Counted from the first letter of the stretch, positions 49,877 through 59,188 are shown. The stretch is DNA of 64,000 bases from Mollicutes bacterium (GCA_012799635.1 JAAZKW010000003.1:603-64602); one strand, 5' to 3'. Notes: generated by a model not told the origin, from the letters alone. A program made the numbers and translations.

Positions 49877-50107
49877 ATTCTTTCTAAAGAGTAAGTTAAC
49901 ATAATATATATTATGTGAAGTTATTAATTTTAAATTTAGTCCTTGTTTTTGATATCTTTTAAATTAAATTATATTTACTAGTAATATCTATCTTTTCTAT
50001 AAACGCTATAAAAAATGTTTTTTATTTAGAAAGATTCATAATGATACTAAATTAAACTCATTAATGATTTGTTATAACCTTATTTTATTAAATATAAGGT
50101 ATTTATT

Positions 50108-50139
50108 TATAACCTTATTATATATATTATAAGGTTATA
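50108..50139. other. dif-like near-perfect palindrome (11-6-11)
   Basis: TAACCTTATTA TATATA TTATAAGGTTA at 50110-50137; the arms are 10/11 complementary. A degenerate second copy lies at 50073-50102. It sits exactly at the + to - gene-orientation switch. Confidence 0.5.
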
Positions 50140-50166
50140 TATGCACATTATATATACATAATTTAA

Positions 50167-50189
50167 AAAGTAGGGGATTTCCCTACTTT
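50167..50189. terminator. bidirectional intrinsic terminator between the convergent xer and HTH genes
   Basis: 9-bp stem AAAGTAGGG/CCCTACTTT flanked by A and T runs. Confidence 0.65.
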
Positions 50190-50192
50190 AAT

Positions 50193-50966
50193 TTATATTT
50201 TTCTTGATTCAATTTCCGCAAGCTTTTCTAATATTTCAGCAGCATTTTCATCAGTAACTTCACTATAACCAAGCTCTTTTAATGCTTGAGATCTATTTAC
50301 AATAAGCTGTTGTGTCCTTGATAATCTTTCTTCATTCTTCTGCTCTATATTTTTAATAAATCTTCGTCTTAATTGCGCTACTTTCCCCTTCTCTGGATTT
50401 CCATGATTATATATGTTTAACCCAGAATATAAAATCGCTTCAAATATAAATTGTTGATTTTCATCAAAAGCAAATTCATCATGTTTAATAAAACTATTAG
50501 TTTTAGCTATATATGCTAACATATATTTAATTTCGGGTATATTATCAATTGATTGAAGCATATAATATAAATATCTTACTATAGCATTATTTGTATATCC
50601 CCCTACTATAAGTTTATCTTTAAGTAATTCAATAACATCTGCAAGCAAAATTTTAGCATCTTTATCAAGTCCACTAAAATCCAAACTACTTTCAATGTTA
50701 CCATCTTTTTTTAGATTAGAATTGAGTCTCTTCTCCACTTCTAAAAGGTATGCTGTATCTACTTTAATTTTAGCAAGTGCCTCGTTTGAATCATCATCAT
50801 TTATTCCTAATAATTGTAAAAGTAATAATCTTTTTTCTTTAGGCCACTTATCTAAACTTTCTAGAGATAAGTAATTATATACCATTTGTCTAGATACTCC
50901 TAAATACTTAGCTAACTTCACTTTTGATATTCCAAGCTCTTGTAACAAATCATTTAATACTTTCAT
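50193..50966 (-). CDS. XRE-type helix-turn-helix protein with a ~190-aa C-terminal domain of unknown function
   Basis: LNDLLQELGISKVKLAKYLGVSRQMVYNYLS is an XRE-type HTH. Start is the ATG at 50966 after GGAGG. Confidence 0.75.
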   Translation of the reverse strand: MKVLNDLLQELGISKVKLAKYLGVSRQMVYNYLSLESLDKWPKEKRLLLLQLLGINDDDSNEALAKIKVDTAYLLEVEKRLNSNLKKDGNIESSLDFSGLDKDAKILLADVIELLKDKLIVGGYTNNAIVRYLYYMLQSIDNIPEIKYMLAYIAKTNSFIKHDEFAFDENQQFIFEAILYSGLNIYNHGNPEKGKVAQLRRRFIKNIEQKNEERLSRTQQLIVNRSQALKELGYSEVTDENAAEILEKLAEIESRKI

Positions 50967-51000
50967 AATTACCTCCATAAGTTTTGTTTGACATCTTTAT

Positions 51001-51028
51001 TATACCATTTAACACTTGCTTGTCAATT
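51001..51028 (-). promoter_or_regulatory. promoter of the HTH gene
   Basis: On the minus strand: TTGACA (51023-28), 16 nt, TGgTATAAT (-10 at 51001-06). The -35 hexamer and a downstream TGTCAA form an inverted pair around the -10. Confidence 0.55.
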
Positions 51029-51049
51029 AAATATCAAGCATAATTTAAA

Positions 51050-53965
51050 TTATGTTTCTTTTGTTTCTAGTTTTACTGAAACTAATTTAGATACCCCACT
51101 TTCTTCCATAGTTATTCCATATAATATATCAGCATATTCCATCATTTTCTTTTTGTGGGTAATTAAAATAAATTGCGAATCATTTTTTATTTTTGATAAA
51201 TATTCTCCAAACATATGAACGTTTTCTTCATCAAGAGCGGCCTCTGCTTCATCAAGGACAATAAATGGTGCTGGATTAACATTTAAAATAGCAAATATTA
51301 AACATATTGCAGTAAGAGATTTCTCACCGCCAGATAAAGATATAATTGAATTGAGTTTCTTTCCAGGAGGAACCGCAAAAACATCAATACCAGTATTTAA
51401 TAAGTCGTTTTCATCACTTAATTTTAAAATACCGTTGCCACCTTTAAACATAACTCTAAATACTTTAGAAAACTCACTTGATATTTTATCAAAAGACTTT
51501 TTAAACTTTTCTTTCATAATTTCATCCATTTCTAAAATCACATTATTAAGTTCTTCTAAAGAAACTTCTAAATCTTCCTTTTGATGAGTTAAAAAGTCAT
51601 ATCTTTTACGTATTCTATCATATTCATCAATACTTCCAATATTTACTTCCCCTATTTGCTTTAATTTACTTTTTAAATTACTTACTTTAGATCTGGCAAT
51701 TTCTTCATCAACTTCAAGGTTATAGTTACTAAAAGCATATTCGTAAGTTAGATTGTAATCTTCGGATAAGTTAGTTATTAAATTATCAATCTTTATTTCT
51801 AATTTCCCTATTTCTATTTCATTTTGATTAATACTATTTTCAAGTTTTCGATATACGGTATTTTGATTAGAAATTTCTTTTTCCAAAGTAGTTATCTGTT
51901 CGTGCAAATCAAACTTTTGATTTTGCGTTTCTTTTAAATTGTTTTCAAGGATTTCTTTTTCCTTTTCCTTTTCTATGATATCTTTAGTAAGTTTATCGAT
52001 TTTTTTATGAATACTATTTGTTTTAATACTTTTTAAACCATCAATATTGTTTATATATTTATTTAACTTATCTTTTAATGTTTCAATATTTTTGTTATTT
52101 AAATCAATAGTAATTCGATACTCGGCAATCTTTTTCTTATAATCAGTTAACTTTTCACTAATATTATCATATTCTTTGGTATATTTTTGTAAGTCTTCTT
52201 CAAGTAATTTTTTTTGATTCGTTTTAATCTCTAACTCTTTATTAAGACTATTTAAATCACTTTTAAACGTATTATTTATAATACCTCCGGTAATGGAACC
52301 TCCTGGATATGTTATTTCTCCATCTAATGAAACAATTTTATATTTATATTCAGTTAATTTAGAAATATTTATTAGATCATCAGTACTATCAACTACAATT
52401 ACGTTACCAAGCTGATTTTCAATAATGTTTTGATATTTTTTATTGTATGAAACTAAATCAGAAGCTATACCAATGAAACCTTGATATTTTTCAATCATAG
52501 ATATAATTTCATATGAAAATTTCTTTGATTTAATAGTATCTAAAGGAAAAAATGTTGCCCTACCCAACTTTTGTTCTTTTAAATATTCAATAGCTTTCTT
52601 TGCCTTTAACATATCATCTACTATAATAAAATTAGCAGCAGCCCCTAAAGAAGCATTTATAGCGATATTATGAGCTTCATTGGACGTTATAACATCTTTT
52701 ATAGTACCATGAATTCCAAGCAGTCTAGGGTTGTTTAAAATGCTTTTAACAGGCTTTGGTAAATATAGATTATTCTCTATATTATTTTTCTCTATATTAA
52801 TTTTATTTTGAATTTCAAAAATAGCTCTATTTAAATTATTGATTTCGTTATTAAGAGAAGTTAGTTTTATTTTCCTTTTTAGTTCATCATCAGTAATTTT
52901 ATTATAATATGATGTTAGTTTTAATAAATGTTCCTGATTATTATTTAATTTATCTTCTTCGATGGAGATATCTTTTTCAATAGTAAGTTTTTCTTCATTT
53001 AAATTAAGCAAATTATCATCTATTTTACTTTCATCAACACTAAGCTTACTTCTTTCAATATTTATTTGCTTATCACTTTGTAAATTAGATAAAACTTCAG
53101 TTACATCAACGATTTTATGATTTAATTCCCCAATTTTCTCATCAATTTTTATCATTTCAAGTTTTTTACTCTCTAAACCTAGTGGATGAGTTATATTTAA
53201 ATCTTTAATTTCTATAGACATATGATCATTATTTTGTTTTAATACATCAAATTCTTTTTTATATTTATTTATGTCATGAGCAATTAACGCAACATCAATG
53301 CTATCGAGTTCTTTTTTAATATCCAAATATTTTCTTGCGTTTTCTTTATCTTTTTCTAAAGGAGATAAATTCATATCCAATTCTTTGATAATGAGATTAA
53401 TTCTTGTTAAATTTTCCTTTGTTCCATCAAGTTTTTTTAATGATTCTTCTTTTCTTTTCTTATACTTCCCTACTCCAGCTGCTGCTTCAAAAAGTTCTCT
53501 TCTTTCAGATGACTTATTTTCTACTAAAGCTGCTACCTTTCCTTGAGAAATAATATTAAATTTACTAGTTATATCCATAAGCATGTTAGTAACATCTTTT
53601 AGTCTAACTCTAGCATTATTAATATAATATTCATTTTCTCCAGTAGAATATATAATTCTTTTTACTTCAACCTCATTAAACTCACTATCAAGCTTTTTAT
53701 CAGAATTATCAAATAAAATAGCAACACTTGCTTTTTTTAACTTATCTCTTGTTTTTGAACCATTAAAAATAACATCACTCATCTCGTTTCCACCACGAAG
53801 TGATTTAACAGACTGTTCTCCCAGCACCCATAAAATAGCATCAACTATATTTGATTTACCTGAACCATTAGGTCCAACAATCGCACATATCTTTTCTGAG
53901 AAATCTAATTCTATTTTATCGGCAAAGGACTTAAAACCTTGAATTTTAATATTTTTAATATACAT
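51050..53965 (-). CDS. smc: chromosome segregation protein SMC (compact, 971 aa)
   Basis: Walker A GPNGSGKSN, hinge LGRATFFPLD, signature LSGGEKSLTA, Walker B FIVLDEAEAALD. Confidence 0.93.
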   Translation of the reverse strand: MYIKNIKIQGFKSFADKIELDFSEKICAIVGPNGSGKSNIVDAILWVLGEQSVKSLRGGNEMSDVIFNGSKTRDKLKKASVAILFDNSDKKLDSEFNEVEVKRIIYSTGENEYYINNARVRLKDVTNMLMDITSKFNIISQGKVAALVENKSSERRELFEAAAGVGKYKKRKEESLKKLDGTKENLTRINLIIKELDMNLSPLEKDKENARKYLDIKKELDSIDVALIAHDINKYKKEFDVLKQNNDHMSIEIKDLNITHPLGLESKKLEMIKIDEKIGELNHKIVDVTEVLSNLQSDKQINIERSKLSVDESKIDDNLLNLNEEKLTIEKDISIEEDKLNNNQEHLLKLTSYYNKITDDELKRKIKLTSLNNEINNLNRAIFEIQNKINIEKNNIENNLYLPKPVKSILNNPRLLGIHGTIKDVITSNEAHNIAINASLGAAANFIIVDDMLKAKKAIEYLKEQKLGRATFFPLDTIKSKKFSYEIISMIEKYQGFIGIASDLVSYNKKYQNIIENQLGNVIVVDSTDDLINISKLTEYKYKIVSLDGEITYPGGSITGGIINNTFKSDLNSLNKELEIKTNQKKLLEEDLQKYTKEYDNISEKLTDYKKKIAEYRITIDLNNKNIETLKDKLNKYINNIDGLKSIKTNSIHKKIDKLTKDIIEKEKEKEILENNLKETQNQKFDLHEQITTLEKEISNQNTVYRKLENSINQNEIEIGKLEIKIDNLITNLSEDYNLTYEYAFSNYNLEVDEEIARSKVSNLKSKLKQIGEVNIGSIDEYDRIRKRYDFLTHQKEDLEVSLEELNNVILEMDEIMKEKFKKSFDKISSEFSKVFRVMFKGGNGILKLSDENDLLNTGIDVFAVPPGKKLNSIISLSGGEKSLTAICLIFAILNVNPAPFIVLDEAEAALDEENVHMFGEYLSKIKNDSQFILITHKKKMMEYADILYGITMEESGVSKLVSVKLETKET

Positions 53966-53968
53966 ATA

Positions 53969-54613
53969 TTAACCAACACTTTTCTTTATTGCTTCCTTAG
54001 CAGCATTTTGCTCTGCTTCTTTTTTGTTACGCCCTTTACCTACGCCAAGAACGATATTATTTACTACAGCTTTAATAATAAAATCTTCACCCTTTTCAGA
54101 AGGTTCTTCATCTAAAACATACTTAATTGATTTACGATCAGTTTGAACTAATTCTTGTAGTTTTGTTTTATAATCTTCAAAGAAAAGATGATTTTCTTCA
54201 ATACATGGAATAACTATTTTATCTATGTATTCACGACATTTATCCATCCCACATTCTAAATATATTACAGCAAGTACTGACTCAAAAGTATCGGCAATTA
54301 TAGTATCGTTTATTTTACCTAAAAGGCCATTACCTACTCTAATATATTTATCATAACCCACTTTTTTTACATAGTATGCAAGTGCTTCTTCACAAACATA
54401 ACCAGCTCTTTTTTTAGACATTTCTCCTTCTTTTAAATTAGTATTTTTATAATAATATTCACTAGTTAAAAACTGTAATATAGAATCACCTAAAAACTCT
54501 AATCTTTCATAACTTTCACATTTATTTTCATTACTATATGATGAATGTGTTAAAGCTGTCAAAAGTAAATCTTTATTTTTAATAAAAATATTATATTTAT
54601 TCAAAAAATTCAT
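53969..54613 (-). CDS. rnc: ribonuclease III
   Basis: ERLEFLGDSIL catalytic signature and a C-terminal dsRBD (GKGRNKKEAEQNAAKEA). Confidence 0.92.
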   Translation of the reverse strand: MNFLNKYNIFIKNKDLLLTALTHSSYSNENKCESYERLEFLGDSILQFLTSEYYYKNTNLKEGEMSKKRAGYVCEEALAYYVKKVGYDKYIRVGNGLLGKINDTIIADTFESVLAVIYLECGMDKCREYIDKIVIPCIEENHLFFEDYKTKLQELVQTDRKSIKYVLDEEPSEKGEDFIIKAVVNNIVLGVGKGRNKKEAEQNAAKEAIKKSVG

Positions 54614-54778
54614 ATACTCACCTTCTTATAATCTTAATTATTATAACATATAAATGACTATTATAGCAATGTAATTGAATGTTAGAATAATATTTCTTCT
54701 TAAAATAAAATATAAATATAATTTATTTTTAAAGACTTTTTGTTAAAAATTTGGTACAATACTTGTACTAGGAGATTT

Positions 54779-55000
54779 ATGAAATATATTTTTATATCTT
54801 TAATAAGATGTTATCAAGTTATACCTTTTATTGGGCATAACATGTGTCGCTTTAGGCCCACTTGTAGTCAATATATGATTGAAGCTATAAAAGAATATGG
54901 TACATTTAGAGGTATTATAATGGGACTTAAAAGATTATCTAAATGTAGGCCTTATGGAGGTTTTGGATATGATCCGGTACCTAAAAAGGAGAGGTTATGA
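54779..55000 (+). CDS. yidD: membrane protein insertion efficiency factor YidD
   Basis: CRF.PTCSQYMIEAI...G...G..RL.KC.P motif. Start is the ATG at 54779 after AGGAGA. Confidence 0.85.
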   Translation: MKYIFISLIRCYQVIPFIGHNMCRFRPTCSQYMIEAIKEYGTFRGIIMGLKRLSKCRPYGGFGYDPVPKKERL

Positions 55001-55860
55001 AATCTAAAAATTATTTATTATTAATAACTTTTTTTATTGTTATATTAATGATATCAAGCTGTTCATTAAAGACAGATGATCTTGAAAATGCAACTATATA
55101 TACAACAGTATATCCTGTAAATTATCTAACTAAATATATTTATGGAGATTATGGAAAAATAACAAGTATATATCCCTCAAATACTAATGTTGATAAATAT
55201 AAACTTACCAAAAAACAAATTAAAGAATATTCCAAAGGTGATTTATTTATTTATAATGGGCTTACAAATGAAAAACAAATTGCTAAAAATTTAGTTAATC
55301 GTAATAACAAACTGCTTATAATAGATGTTTCAAATGGGCTTAGTATAGAATATGATACAATTGAGCTTTGGCTTTCACCGAATAATTTTTTAATGCTATC
55401 TAAAAATATTAAAAATAATCTTGAAGAATATCTAAAAAGCAAAATAATAATAGAACATATTAATAAGAAGTATGATGACCTACAAGAAAAAATATCTGTT
55501 TTAGATGCAATGCTTCATACTATAGGTAATAATGCTAAGAAAAATAATAAAAACACTTTGATAGTTTCTAATAATTTATTTAATTTCTTAGATAATTATG
55601 GATTCAATGTAATAAGTTTAGATCCTGATAATGATATTAAAGAAAATAAATTGACATCTATTAAAAGTAGCTTTAAATCTGGTAAATATGCCCACCTTTT
55701 AATAGCAGATATAGATAAAGAAAATAAAGACTTTAATGAATTAACAAAAGATATCAATGCTACCAAAATATATGTTAATACTTTAACATTCACTTTAGAA
55801 GAAGATTATTTTAATATTATGACAGAATTTATAGAAAATATTCGAACAATCACAAATTGA
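54997..55860 (+). CDS. ZnuA/TroA-like (cluster A-I) lipoprotein lacking the metal-binding histidines
   Basis: Lipobox ISSC. Collinear with AdcA/ZnuA (IYTTVYPVNYLTKYIYGD, DLFIYNG, LWLSP, LFNFLDNYGF), but EPHEY reads NVDKY, DPHVW reads TIELW, and QHAAF reads SNNLF. No ABC partner genes nearby. Confidence 0.55.
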   Translation: MKSKNYLLLITFFIVILMISSCSLKTDDLENATIYTTVYPVNYLTKYIYGDYGKITSIYPSNTNVDKYKLTKKQIKEYSKGDLFIYNGLTNEKQIAKNLVNRNNKLLIIDVSNGLSIEYDTIELWLSPNNFLMLSKNIKNNLEEYLKSKIIIEHINKKYDDLQEKISVLDAMLHTIGNNAKKNNKNTLIVSNNLFNFLDNYGFNVISLDPDNDIKENKLTSIKSSFKSGKYAHLLIADIDKENKDFNELTKDINATKIYVNTLTFTLEEDYFNIMTEFIENIRTITN

Positions 55861-55901
55861 CAAAAAGACTGCTAATATAGTATACTTGTTAGTAGTCATT
55901 T

Positions 55902-55992
55902 GGAGTAGTACTCAAGAGGCTGAAGAGGCGCCCCTGCTAAGGGCGTAGGATGGGTAACTGTCGCGAGAGTTCAAATCTCTCCTACTCCGCCA
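55902..55992 (+). tRNA. tRNA-Ser (GCU)
   Basis: Acceptor GGAGTAG/CTACTCC, anticodon loop CTGCTAA, long variable arm, T-loop GTTCAAATC, encoded CCA. Promoter-like TTGACA(55857)-18-TATACT upstream. Confidence 0.9.
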
Positions 55993-56004
55993 TATAAGTT
56001 ATTT

Positions 56005-56037
56005 AAAACCTTGTTAAAAATTAAACAAGGTTTTTTT
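56005..56037. terminator. bidirectional terminator between tRNA-Ser and tRNA-Glu
   Basis: Stem CCTTGTT/AACAAGG extended by A/T pairs. T7 follows. Confidence 0.65.
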
Positions 56038-56083
56038 AAGAAATAAAAATCTGATTATGTAATTAATCAGATATGTTTTTAAA

Positions 56084-56159
56084 TGGTGACCCGTACGGGA
56101 TTTGAACCCATGAATGCATGCGTGAAAGGCATGTGTGTTAACCGCTTCACCAACGGGCC
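56084..56159 (-). tRNA. tRNA-Glu (UUC)
   Basis: Reverse complement GGCCCGTTGGTGAAGCGGTTAACAC...CATGC CTTTCAC GCATG...GGTTCAAATCCCGTACGGGTCACCA. Confidence 0.9.
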
Positions 56160-56163
56160 TTAA

Positions 56164-56240
<77 letters not shown>

Positions 56241-56450
56241 ATATTTCTTGCTACTCATCCATTTTAACTTAAAAGTCAGATAAATGCAATGTTTTTTACT
56301 CTTTTTCTAGCGTTTTCGTTATTTTTTATTGCTTTTTTACATAATTTTAATATATAACCCTGTTTTAAATAATAAGCCAATAGCAAAATTCCAAAATAAA
56401 TTCAGTCATAATATTAAAATAATCTATTCTTTATCAATTAATAATTTATT

Positions 56451-56906
56451 TTATTTTTTTCTTTTAGTATTATTATTATAGTCACTATCATCAACTTCTA
56501 TCTGTAAATTATCAAATGAAACTCTTCTTAAAATAACATTTGATAATAACACTAACGATGTTCCTATGATAGCTTCTTTAATAAATCCATATGCACAAAG
56601 AACTCCAATTGAAGATACACACCATAAAGTTGCTGCAGTATTAAGCCCCCTTATACGATCATTTTGTTTAATTATAATTCCAGCACCCAAAAAGCCAAGA
56701 CCTGGCAAGATTTGTGATGCAATCCGATATTGATCCCCAACTAGCCCTGTTGAAAAAGAAACATATACAAATAAAAAGGAACCTAGGGCAACAAGAACAT
56801 TAGTTCTTAAACCAATTATCTTATTATGGTATTGTCTTTCAAATCCAATTATAATTGTTAATGAATAACAGATTGCTATTCTAAGTAAAAAATCATTAAA
56901 TTCCAT
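56451..56906 (-). CDS. MgtC/SapB-family membrane protein
   Basis: IIIGFERQYHNKIIGLRTNVLVALGS motif, 4-5 TM helices. Confidence 0.8.
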   Translation of the reverse strand: MEFNDFLLRIAICYSLTIIIGFERQYHNKIIGLRTNVLVALGSFLFVYVSFSTGLVGDQYRIASQILPGLGFLGAGIIIKQNDRIRGLNTAATLWCVSSIGVLCAYGFIKEAIIGTSLVLLSNVILRRVSFDNLQIEVDDSDYNNNTKRKK

Positions 56907-57011
56907 ATCTTTATCACCTACTCTAATTTTACACTTAATATGATAAAAAGTCTATTAAATGTTTATTTTAATAAATTAAAACTCAATATTATCATTGAGT
57001 TTTGTTTTAAA

Positions 57012-57087
57012 TGGTAGACTGTTAGGGATTTGAACCCTAGACCCACTGATTAAGAGTCAGTTGCTCTGCCAACTGAGCTAACAGTCC
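57012..57087 (-). tRNA. tRNA-Lys (CUU)
   Basis: Reverse complement GGACTGTTAGCTCAGTTGGCAGAGCAACTGACTCTTAATCAGTGGGTCTAGGGTTCAAATCCCTAACAGTCTACCA. Anticodon loop CTCTTAA. Confidence 0.88.
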
Positions 57088-57149
57088 ATATTTGTTGTTC
57101 CCGTTTATTAGTATAGCACAAGTTACTAAAAATTTAAATATTTAAATAA

Positions 57150-57175
57150 AAAATGTGATGAATTAATCACATTTT
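57150..57175. terminator. terminator hairpin containing the 13-mer ATGAATTAATCAC of the repeat family
   Basis: AAAATGTGAT gaatta ATCACATTTT, immediately 3' of the minus-strand gene ending at 57210. 57158-57170 is identical to the 3' arm of elements A-D. Confidence 0.55.
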
Positions 57176-57209
57176 AAAATTACAAAAAATTTTATTTATA
57201 ACTAATAAA

Positions 57210-58031
57210 TTATTTTCCTTTTATAAATCTTCTTACTCTTTCTTCAGGATCTTTCTCTAAATCATAAATTTCGTCTCTATAAGCTTTTAGCGTATAATCT
57301 GTTATAAATCCACTATTACTAAAATCTGGAGTTTTAAAATGCTCATCTTCAATTTCTTTTTTATAAATTATTGTTACAAAGTCCAATATTTCTGCATAAG
57401 TAATAGAATTAAGATACCGTGGTTGTCCATCATATATATATATTTCCTCTCCACCACCAAAAGATTGCGTTTTATAAAGATGCAAATTAATATTTACATA
57501 TGTTGGAACACCATCTCTTGTAATAGCAACATTGTTGTCAGCATTAATATCTGGCAATTTTAATTCTATACCAGGTAGACCTGTTCCATATATACCACCC
57601 CACACATAACGTTTCATATCTAAAAAAAAATCATAAATTCCCATTTTTTCAATATATTCAGGTAGCCCATGTAATAATGTTTTATCAGCATCAGGATTAT
57701 TATTCATCAAAATAGAAATAAATTTTTCCAAATCATAAGAACTTACATTAAAATTAAGGTTTTTTATTAAAAATTCAAAGCCCTCATCCCAATCTAACAT
57801 ATGAAGACTTTCTTCAGGGATTCCAATCTCAGAAATAATATAAGGGAATGTAACTAACATAACTCGTTCAATTTTATTATCATTTTTAACATAAAACACA
57901 TAAGCCGTTTCATATTTATCAGACTCCACAATTTTTTTTGCTATTTCTTTAGCTTTAGACAAATCTTTACCAACCACATCATAAAAAGAATAATTTTCAA
58001 ATGATCCCCACAATCCAAATGATTTATACAT
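57210..58031 (-). CDS. hypothetical protein (274 aa), paralogue 1 of a tandem pair
   Basis: Start is the ATG at 58031 after GGGAGG. The track ORF extension to 58118 reads through the repeat element. Collinear similarity to 58286-59188. Confidence 0.7.
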   Translation of the reverse strand: MYKSFGLWGSFENYSFYDVVGKDLSKAKEIAKKIVESDKYETAYVFYVKNDNKIERVMLVTFPYIISEIGIPEESLHMLDWDEGFEFLIKNLNFNVSSYDLEKFISILMNNNPDADKTLLHGLPEYIEKMGIYDFFLDMKRYVWGGIYGTGLPGIELKLPDINADNNVAITRDGVPTYVNINLHLYKTQSFGGGEEIYIYDGQPRYLNSITYAEILDFVTIIYKKEIEDEHFKTPDFSNSGFITDYTLKAYRDEIYDLEKDPEERVRRFIKGK

Positions 58032-58071
58032 AAAACCAAACCTCCCTATTATATTGTTTATAATTTTCTTA

Positions 58072-58176
58072 AAAAAAGTGATTAATTCATATATATAACA
58101 AACATTGAAATTAATCAACTAAGGTAAATGAACTAATCACAATTTAATATTATCAAAAACCATGAAGTATGTCAAG
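58072..58176 (-). repeat. promoter-hairpin-U-tract element, copy C
   Basis: Minus strand: TTGACA 58171-76, 17 nt, TAATAT 58148-53. Arms at 58129-41 and 58079-91. T7 at 58072-78. Confidence 0.75.
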
Positions 58177-58285
58177 TGTTTTTTAAAATATTTATTTATC
58201 AAGGTAAATGCAATAAATAAAATGAAATAGTAATGATTTTCGTTTATTTTAAAAATTTACCTATATAATATTTATAACTAATAAA

Positions 58286-59188
58286 TTATTTTCTATTTAC
58301 AAGCCTTCTAAATCTTTGCGCAAATCCTGATTTAGGTTTTTCTATTTCTTCTGAATCCCCAATAGTAACATAGTAAGTTCCTGGTTCTAATTCTTCTAAT
58401 TTTTTTTCTTCTTGTAAAGATGTTCTTTTAAATCCAATTGAACTAAAATCTAAGTTTTTAAAATGTCTACCATATTTATTACCATATTCATACATTCTCA
58501 CTACAAAGTCAAGTATTTCTGTATAAGAAATAGCAAGTGGACTTAGTTTTATATCTTCTATAGATAATTGGCCATCACTAGATGATGTTATTTTACAAAT
58601 GTGAAAATCAGGATCTACATATGTAGGAATACCATCTCTTGTAATAGCAACATTGTTTTCATCATTAATATCTGGCAAGTTTAATTTTTTAATTATTTCA
58701 TCATCGCCTATACCAGTCCACAGATAACGTTCCATATTTAAATAATTATCAATATAAACTCTTTTTTTAACAAAGAGATGACGTTCCATATTAAAATAAT
58801 TATCAATATAAACTCTTTTTTTAACAAAGAATGGAAGGCCATTAAGCCATTTTTCATTAGCATCAGGATTATTCTCTATTAAATTAGAAAGAAATTTTCT
58901 CATATCATCATGACTTACATCAAAATTAAGGTTATTTATTATAAACCCAAATCCCTCATCCCTATTTAATCTGCGGATGTTTACGTCAAGTTTTGTAGTC
59001 TCAATATTATCTAAATCCATCGAAGAAGCTAGCATAACTGATTCAATTTTATCACCGTTTTTAACATAAAAAACATCTATTTCTATATAATTAAACGACG
59101 TTGCAATTGTTTTTGCGAACTCTTTAACTTTAGACAAGTCTTTATCAACTACCTCATAAAATGAGAATTTTTTTAAATTGCTACTCAT
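58286..59188 (-). CDS. hypothetical protein (300 aa), paralogue 2, with an internal 18-aa tandem duplication
   Basis: Start is the ATG at 59188 after AGGAGG. Shares FYEVVDKDLSKVKEFAK, NNVAITRDG[IV]PTYV and YTEILDFV blocks with 57210-58031. Confidence 0.7.
   Translation of the reverse strand: MSSNLKKFSFYEVVDKDLSKVKEFAKTIATSFNYIEIDVFYVKNGDKIESVMLASSMDLDNIETTKLDVNIRRLNRDEGFGFIINNLNFDVSHDDMRKFLSNLIENNPDANEKWLNGLPFFVKKRVYIDNYFNMERHLFVKKRVYIDNYLNMERYLWTGIGDDEIIKKLNLPDINDENNVAITRDGIPTYVDPDFHICKITSSSDGQLSIEDIKLSPLAISYTEILDFVVRMYEYGNKYGRHFKNLDFSSIGFKRTSLQEEKKLEELEPGTYYVTIGDSEEIEKPKSGFAQRFRRLVNRK
58727..58834. repeat. 2 x 54-bp in-frame tandem duplication inside CDS 58286-59188
   Basis: 58727-58780 and 58781-58834 differ at only a few positions. 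They encode VKKRVYIDNY[FL]NMER[HY]L twice. Confidence 0.9.
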
